Below, in pieces: positions 57,375 through 64,000 of a stretch of DNA of 64,000 nucleotides. The notes under the pieces were generated by a model. The model had not been told where the DNA came from. It ran no database searches and saw only the letters and a program-made list of their open reading frames with translations. Source of the stretch: Bacilli bacterium (lineage in GTDB: Bacteria; Bacillota_I; Bacilli_A; RFN20; CAG-826). The position numbers and the translations under genes are program-made. The stretch is taken from contig JBMSKF010000001.1 in NCBI GenBank assembly GCA_049419605.1, forward strand, positions 13,253-77,252, written 5' to 3'. Position 1 is the stretch's first letter, and each line of letters begins with the position of its first letter.

Positions 57375-58788
57375 TTTTTATTGGAGTAGTATCATTCCTT
57401 TTGCGTTAATCATGGCAATTTTGTTACTTGCCAATGTATTAAGGCGAAAATTAAGGTGGTTAAAAGCATCCCTATTACCTGTCGCGGTAATCGGTGGATT
57501 TTTAGGATTAATCATCAAATACTTATTTAATGGAAGTGCGATTGCCATTGCCAATCTTGAAATTGACTCTACTAGTTTATTTAATGCTGATACCCTTAGT
57601 GCGTTTACATATCACTCGATTGCAGTCGGTTTTGGTGCTCTAACCCTAAAAGGGATTGATCGGCTTGATGGTGGAAAAATTCGCAATAAACCCCTTGCAG
57701 TCAAAAGTGGGATGGTCATCGTCAATTCATATATTATTCAAGGAATCTATGGACTAGTCATTACGATCATTTTCAGTTTTATTTTTATGAATATTCCTAA
57801 CTATGTTGGTTTTTTATTACCTATGGGCTTTGGTCAAGGACCTGGTCAAGCGCTAAACGTTGGCGCGGTTTTTCAAGGTGTAGGTTTTACCTTTGGTAGA
57901 GATTTTGGTTTATCTATTGCTTCGATTGGATTTTTAGCTGCCTCATTAGGCGGCGTGATTTATTTAAGAAAGTTGAAAAGAATAGGCGTGTTAAAACCCG
58001 CAGAAGATACATCGATGGAACATAAGGAAGAATCGACTATATTAGAAGGAAACGGACAAATTCCTTTGGTTGATGCGGTTGATAAGTTAACCATTCAAAT
58101 TGCGATTATCTTCTTCGTTTATGGGTTTGCGTGGTTAATCATCTTTATTTTAGAACAATGGATTGTAAATAGTGGCGTTGCTTTCCTCATTAACAATTTA
58201 AGACCTTTGTTATATGGCTTTAACTTTATCATCGTGGTTTTCGTTGCGATGTTATATAAAGTCCTTACTCGCAGTCTATTAAAAGCGAAATGGATGAAAC
58301 GGATATATACGAATGATTTCTTATTGAACCGAATTGCTGGTTTTGCCTTTGACATTATGATGATTGCTTCCATCATGGCAATTGACGTGACATTGGTGGG
58401 TGATCCTGGTTTTATTGTCACCTTGGTTGTATTGGTCATCGGTGGTGGTGTCATTACCTATTACTACTTAGGATTGCTTACGAAAGTGGTTTACCCTAAC
58501 TACACCCATGAAGCATGGTTGGTATTCTATGGAACCATGACCGGAACTGCCTCTACCGGAATTGCATTATTGAGAGAAAAAGATCCATATTTTGAAACGC
58601 CTGCTGCAAATGATATTGTCTATGGTTCATCCATGGCGATACCCTTAGGATTCCCATTGTTGCTATTTGTCGGTATTGTCTCTCAAGGTTGGGTATCTTT
58701 ACTAGTTGTATTAGTAATTTTAACTATCATTTTTCTAATTTATCACTATTTTTTAACCAAAAAACCAAAAAAAATTAAAAGTCAGTAA
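57331..58788 (+). CDS. GltS/ESS-family sodium:amino-acid (glutamate-type) symporter homologue
   Basis: N-terminal LLLANVLRRKLRWLKASLLPVAVIGGFLGL resembles the E. coli GltS N-terminus; about 10-12 transmembrane helices; start uncertain (possible alternative at 57412). Confidence 0.55.
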   Translation: MILANVQPLPFWDFNFYWSSIIPFALIMAILLLANVLRRKLRWLKASLLPVAVIGGFLGLIIKYLFNGSAIAIANLEIDSTSLFNADTLSAFTYHSIAVGFGALTLKGIDRLDGGKIRNKPLAVKSGMVIVNSYIIQGIYGLVITIIFSFIFMNIPNYVGFLLPMGFGQGPGQALNVGAVFQGVGFTFGRDFGLSIASIGFLAASLGGVIYLRKLKRIGVLKPAEDTSMEHKEESTILEGNGQIPLVDAVDKLTIQIAIIFFVYGFAWLIIFILEQWIVNSGVAFLINNLRPLLYGFNFIIVVFVAMLYKVLTRSLLKAKWMKRIYTNDFLLNRIAGFAFDIMMIASIMAIDVTLVGDPGFIVTLVVLVIGGGVITYYYLGLLTKVVYPNYTHEAWLVFYGTMTGTASTGIALLREKDPYFETPAANDIVYGSSMAIPLGFPLLLFVGIVSQGWVSLLVVLVILTIIFLIYHYFLTKKPKKIKSQ

Positions 58789-58835
58789 ACTTTCACCACT
58801 TTTGGATTTAAATCTTTTATAATACCTATGTTTAG

Positions 58836-60155
<1,320 letters not shown>

Positions 60156-60178
60156 GTTTTGAACCATAAGATTAAGGT

Positions 60179-60207
60179 AAAAACCATTGCCAAGGCAATG
60201 GTTTTTT
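60179..60207. terminator. Bidirectional terminator between eno and the convergent gene
   Basis: aaaaccattgcc-aa-ggcaatggtttttt. Confidence 0.7.
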
Positions 60208-60892
60208 ATATGTGAAGCCATCGTTGAAGATAATCTATGAACTTTTTCCTTAAGTAGGTGATTAAGGAAGTTAGATTGATCAAGGATGTAATTCCTGCGA
60301 TTAAAGAGGGAACGATGATGTCTTCATCTAGTATCCAATAAATAAGTGAAAATTGAATGAATCCAATAAGGCTTGTGACAAACATTTGAAATAGAATAAC
60401 GTCTGTTTTTCTTTTGATGGTGGTAATGATAAAAAACAGGACATTACTGATAGAGATTAAAATTGGCACTACATATTGTAGCGGCCAAGCATTCAAACTG
60501 CCAGTTGCAACAAAAGCAATTATTATTGTCCCAATACTGAGACTCGATAATTGCCACAAAACGATATAACCAATACCCTGGCGATTATAGATGGTTTTAT
60601 AAATTAAAACCCACATATAAAAAACAATAAACGTCATCATAAAGGTCGTGCCTAGTTCATTGGCAATTAATGTAAGATCGATGATTAAAGTAATAAATAA
60701 AGCAAGAAGAAGTGGAAAAGCAAAAAAGGCATGTAAATGATTCGCGGCTTGTTTTTCGATATGTTGATAATTTGGATTCGCATAAAGTTTTTCTCTATGT
60801 TTTGGTTCTACGACTTGTAGAAAACTTCCACAAACGGGGCAATGAGATAAACTATCATCAACGTGAGAGAGACACCTTTTACAAGCAATCAT
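60206..60892 (-). CDS. Membrane protein with an N-terminal zinc ribbon (CxxC...CxxC) and about five transmembrane helices
   Basis: MIACKRCLSHVDDSLSHCPVCGS followed by hydrophobic helices. Confidence 0.5.
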   Translation of the reverse strand: MIACKRCLSHVDDSLSHCPVCGSFLQVVEPKHREKLYANPNYQHIEKQAANHLHAFFAFPLLLALFITLIIDLTLIANELGTTFMMTFIVFYMWVLIYKTIYNRQGIGYIVLWQLSSLSIGTIIIAFVATGSLNAWPLQYVVPILISISNVLFFIITTIKRKTDVILFQMFVTSLIGFIQFSLIYWILDEDIIVPSLIAGITSLINLTSLITYLRKKFIDYLQRWLHI

Positions 60893-62178
60893 TCTTCCGT
60901 TTCCTCCCAGCGATTTCCTGATACCATCACGTTAAGTTTTAATTCTTCAATTAGATATTTCACAAAAAACTGAATAAAAGTTCGATCATCAATAATTCTT
61001 GAAAAAGTTAAAACTAGCTGATCTTTAAAAGAAGCTACCCCCATGTTCACAGGCATAATCGGTGTGGAACAAATCATAAATTCAAAATGTTGAATAAATG
61101 ATTGAGTCGATATTGGCATTTCAATCTTCCCTAAATTTGACATGGTAAAACTTAAAGCAGGTTCGCCGACTCGATTAAATACACTTTTGACAATCCATTG
61201 TTTAATAAACAAAGGTACGAATCTCAATAACAACATTCTTTCAGCTTGCATATTAGCTCGAATTTGCGGGGCCAAAACTTCGATTCTTTGACCATCTTTT
61301 AATTGAGCATCCACCTCTTTTAGTACCTCTAAAAATGTAGCGTCTGGTGAAAAAACTTTGCCAATATTGATGGTCATCACAAAATTCTTCATTGTCTTTG
61401 ATGGCAGGTATTTTCTCATATCCACAGGAATGGATAAAATAATTGGTTTTCGCTTTTTAGGATTTTCACTTTCTTGTTTCTTTATTAAACCTAAAATGAG
61501 AATCGTTGCAAACAAACCTGTCACCGTAGTTTTATATTGGCGAGCTACTGCAATACATGCTTCTGTACTCAAATGTATATGCGTCAGATAATGACCATTA
61601 TGTTCAAAATAGGTTCCTTTAAGGTGGTAAGCTTTATTGGTAGCTAACCAAGTGCTCTGTCCTTTGGTAACCTTGGTTGCAAAGCCATCTTCAAGTTCAG
61701 CTTGCGTGACTTGGTCATTGGCGTCAAACATCATTCCTTCAGCATCTACGGCATATCCTTTTTCCCTTAAATAAGATAAGGTTAACGTCTTTAAGAATTC
61801 CATCCCACCTCGGCCATCCGTGATAGCATGAAACACTTCAATGGAAATTCTTTGCCGATGATAATAGACTTCAATTAAATGCTTTGAACTATCAAAAGGT
61901 CGACTATTTGAGCCAAATGTGTTTGGATCAGGCAATACTTTAAAGGCTCTTGATTGGTTTTCTAAATAGTTCCAAAATAAGCCTCTTTGTAGTCTCGTGT
62001 TGAAATGAGGGAATCTGATTAAAGTTTTTTCTGCAGCCTTTTGTAACACAACAGGATCAATCAATTCGTTTAGCATCACGCTCATACGAAAGTAGGAGGA
62101 TCGTCTTGTTTCTGTGATAATTGGAAATAGTTTCCCCGCATTATCAATTCTAAACCACTGTGTTGTTCGGTTGTTCAT
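60889..62178 (-). CDS. Free-standing condensation/CAT-like (HHxxxDG) acyltransferase domain protein
   Basis: FHAITDGRGG matches the HHxxxDG catalytic motif of NRPS C-domains and WS/DGAT/PapA5 acyltransferases; length of about 430 aa. Confidence 0.6.
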   Translation of the reverse strand: MNNRTTQWFRIDNAGKLFPIITETRRSSYFRMSVMLNELIDPVVLQKAAEKTLIRFPHFNTRLQRGLFWNYLENQSRAFKVLPDPNTFGSNSRPFDSSKHLIEVYYHRQRISIEVFHAITDGRGGMEFLKTLTLSYLREKGYAVDAEGMMFDANDQVTQAELEDGFATKVTKGQSTWLATNKAYHLKGTYFEHNGHYLTHIHLSTEACIAVARQYKTTVTGLFATILILGLIKKQESENPKKRKPIILSIPVDMRKYLPSKTMKNFVMTINIGKVFSPDATFLEVLKEVDAQLKDGQRIEVLAPQIRANMQAERMLLLRFVPLFIKQWIVKSVFNRVGEPALSFTMSNLGKIEMPISTQSFIQHFEFMICSTPIMPVNMGVASFKDQLVLTFSRIIDDRTFIQFFVKYLIEELKLNVMVSGNRWEETEE

Positions 62179-62789
62179 CGGGGTTTAATCTTATTTATTA
62201 GCTTTTTGTCAAGTAAACATTGGAGTAATTTAGCTGCGGCCCTTCCACGATGAGAAACTCTATTTTTTTCTTCAATGGTCGCTTGTGAAAAGGTTTTCAT
62301 TAATTCATCACTATAAAAAATAGGATCATACCCAAACCCATGATTGCTTTGATCGATTTCACGAGTAATTTTACCGATGGTAGTACCTACAAAAAAACGC
62401 ATTTCTTTATGAGGATATAAAATAACCATTGCACTTGTAAATTGCGCTTTTCTATTTTTATGAATTTGCATCAATTTTAGTATTTCTTTGTTTTTTTCCT
62501 CATAGGTTTTCTCTTCTAACCAACGCGATGAGTAAACACCTGGAAATCCTTGCAGTGCATCAATTTGCAAACCAGAATCATCTGCGATGACGGTTTTATT
62601 GACATGTTGACTAACTGCTTTTGCTTTTAAAAGTGCATTTTCTAAGAAAGTACGACCGGTTTCTTTTGGTTTTAATTTTAATTTAATATCATCTAATGTC
62701 AAAAAAGTAACGGTATAATCTTTAAAGAAAGCTTTTATTTCTTCAATTTTAGCAGAGTTATTGGTTGCTAAAATGATTTCATAGTTCAT
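62175..62789 (-). CDS. rdgB: Non-canonical purine NTP pyrophosphatase (RdgB/HAM1)
   Basis: ILATNNSAKIEE and SHRG motifs of the HAM1 family. Confidence 0.85.
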   Translation of the reverse strand: MNYEIILATNNSAKIEEIKAFFKDYTVTFLTLDDIKLKLKPKETGRTFLENALLKAKAVSQHVNKTVIADDSGLQIDALQGFPGVYSSRWLEEKTYEEKNKEILKLMQIHKNRKAQFTSAMVILYPHKEMRFFVGTTIGKITREIDQSNHGFGYDPIFYSDELMKTFSQATIEEKNRVSHRGRAAAKLLQCLLDKKLINKIKPR

Positions 62790-62843
62790 CGAATCTATTT
62801 TACCAATTAATCAAGTAAAAAAAAAACAAGAATTAACTTGTTT

Positions 62844-62917
62844 TGGAGCAGGTGACGGGAATCGAACCCGCGTAATTAGCTTGGAAGGCTAATGTTCTAC
62901 CACTGAACTACACCTGC
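62844..62917 (-). tRNA. tRNA-Gly (anticodon UCC)
   Basis: GCAGGUG acceptor stem, loop cuUCCaa, encoded CCA. Confidence 0.85.
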
Positions 62918-62975
62918 AAGGCAACGGGTTTATCTTACCATACTAAGGATGATTAGAAAATCCCGTATCAAAAAA

Positions 62976-63287
62976 TTAGTTTTTAAGTAACGATTCTAAG
63001 GTATTTAATGGATGAAAACCAGGTTTTTTATATGTTTGTTTTCCATCCGTAAAGACCATCATCGTTGGAATAGACATAATGCCATGGGCTTCCGCTAAAT
63101 CTACATTTTGATCGACATTCACTTTAAGAATCACTGCATCAGGTATTTTCTTAGAGAAATCATCGAGAACCGGTGCTTGCATTTTGCAAGGACCACACCA
63201 ATCTGCATAAAAATCAACAATGATTTTTCCTTTTGTATTGGTGAGAATGTCATTAAATTCTGCGGCATTGGTTATATTTTTTATCAT
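62976..63287 (-). CDS. trxA: Thioredoxin
   Basis: WCGPC active site. Confidence 0.88.
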   Translation of the reverse strand: MIKNITNAAEFNDILTNTKGKIIVDFYADWCGPCKMQAPVLDDFSKKIPDAVILKVNVDQNVDLAEAHGIMSIPTMMVFTDGKQTYKKPGFHPLNTLESLLKN

Positions 63288-63310
63288 CTGTTTTTCCTCC
63301 TTAGATGAAT

Positions 63311-63991
63311 TTATAAATTGATGAAATAATAAACTGCAAATAATACGATGAAGTGTAATGGGTAATATAAATAACTAAAGCCTTGAAACCACTTAGGCGT
63401 ATTTCCCTTTTCTCCTTTGTAGTGATAGATAAAGTACGCTGCAAACACAGCATAAGTTTGGGCACCAATGAAGCGATTCAGGTAGTTTGGGAAGATACCT
63501 GATAAATTCAAACCTTCATTTAAAACCACACTAATTATATACCATAGGATATGCATCATGATAAAGATGACACTCGCCGATTGATATCTTTTTTGCTCTG
63601 GCATCACATCGATTGATTGAGAATAAAAAGGGTTTAACTTTAATATAAAGCCTGGTAAATTTTGATAAGAAATGTAGAACAATAACATCATGAGTAATCC
63701 ATAAAAACCATAATCAGCACTAATGTAGTTTGGAAATGGATTGAACAAACTTGTAATAAAAACATAAGTTATGGGAAGCAGGGCAAGTATCCGGTAAGGT
63801 AATTTTTTGTGCTTAAATAAATACATGCTAGATGCTGCCATGGATAAATCGATAAATATATTTCCAGATAACGTTTGAATATTCATTTGTTCTAAAAACC
63901 ACATCGCAACGCCAATCAAAACGGCCATGATCCACAAACGTCCTAAATACTTAAGTGGTTGTTTTGTGCGATAGATTCCTTCAGCAATCAT
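63311..63991 (-). CDS. TraX-family membrane protein
   Basis: about 226 aa, six hydrophobic segments, overall similarity to the TraX/acyltransferase-3-like family. Confidence 0.5.
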   Translation of the reverse strand: MIAEGIYRTKQPLKYLGRLWIMAVLIGVAMWFLEQMNIQTLSGNIFIDLSMAASSMYLFKHKKLPYRILALLPITYVFITSLFNPFPNYISADYGFYGLLMMLLFYISYQNLPGFILKLNPFYSQSIDVMPEQKRYQSASVIFIMMHILWYIISVVLNEGLNLSGIFPNYLNRFIGAQTYAVFAAYFIYHYKGEKGNTPKWFQGFSYLYYPLHFIVLFAVYYFINL

Positions 63992-64000
63992 AAAACCAAA

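Noticed and set aside
63311-63991. TraX-family gene as evidence of a conjugative or mobile element
   Set aside because: No relaxase, T4SS, integrase or repeat boundaries lie nearby; flanking genes are housekeeping (trxA, tRNA-Gly). TraX-like acyltransferase-fold membrane proteins also occur as chromosomal singletons.

Overview
This is a 64-kb chromosomal window from a low-GC (~32%) wall-less Firmicute-type genome, most likely an Acholeplasma-like Mollicute. TGA is used as a stop codon (for example at the gltX/argS junction, 3702-3704), so this is not a code-4 Mycoplasma or Spiroplasma. Several proteins carry Leu-x-x-Ser-Cys lipoboxes, and gene order matches Bacillus at two places (spx-CYTH-nadK and ylbF-rsmD-coaD). 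Most of the window is housekeeping: csp, ychF, gltX, argS, rpoE(delta), fba, pgi, gpmI, pepF, metK, hpf, trpS, nadK, rnj, def, rsmD, coaD, proS, eno, rdgB and trxA. There are nine tRNA genes: a Val-Tyr-Gln-Lys-Leu cluster, Leu(GAG), Ser(GGA), Ser(CGA), Ser(GCU) and Gly(UCC). I found no CRISPR array, transposase, integrase or recognisable defence genes.

The main leads are these:
- (1) A ~160-nt structured leader with competing terminator and antiterminator hairpins sits immediately upstream of metK. It does not match the SAM-I consensus and may be an unclassified riboswitch.
- (2) An spx gene is interrupted by a single in-frame TAA, a one-base change from the conserved Glu codon GAA.
- (3) A membrane protein has degenerate GGDEF and EAL domains, in a lineage where c-di-GMP signalling is not expected.
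- (4) A three-gene unit encodes a tandem-GNAT-like acyltransferase, a PlsC-like acyltransferase carrying a zinc ribbon, and a GltS-like amino-acid symporter. The arrangement resembles OlsB/OlsA aminolipid synthesis.
- (5) A zinc-ribbon membrane protein is translationally coupled to a free-standing HHxxxDG (condensation-domain) acyltransferase.
- (6) An MprF-flippase-like membrane domain is fused to a GT4 glycolipid-type glycosyltransferase.
- (7) A sugar ABC ATPase carries a ~160-aa coiled-coil insertion. It lies in a lipoprotein-rich uptake locus with a 955-aa surface protein bearing three Ig-like repeats and a lamin-tail/SNase membrane nuclease.
- (8) Two tRNA-Ser genes are each followed within 8-10 nt by a CDS with no Shine-Dalgarno sequence and no terminator, which implies tRNA-mRNA cotranscripts and leaderless mRNAs.

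All functional calls come from motif recognition by eye. Nothing here was database-searched.
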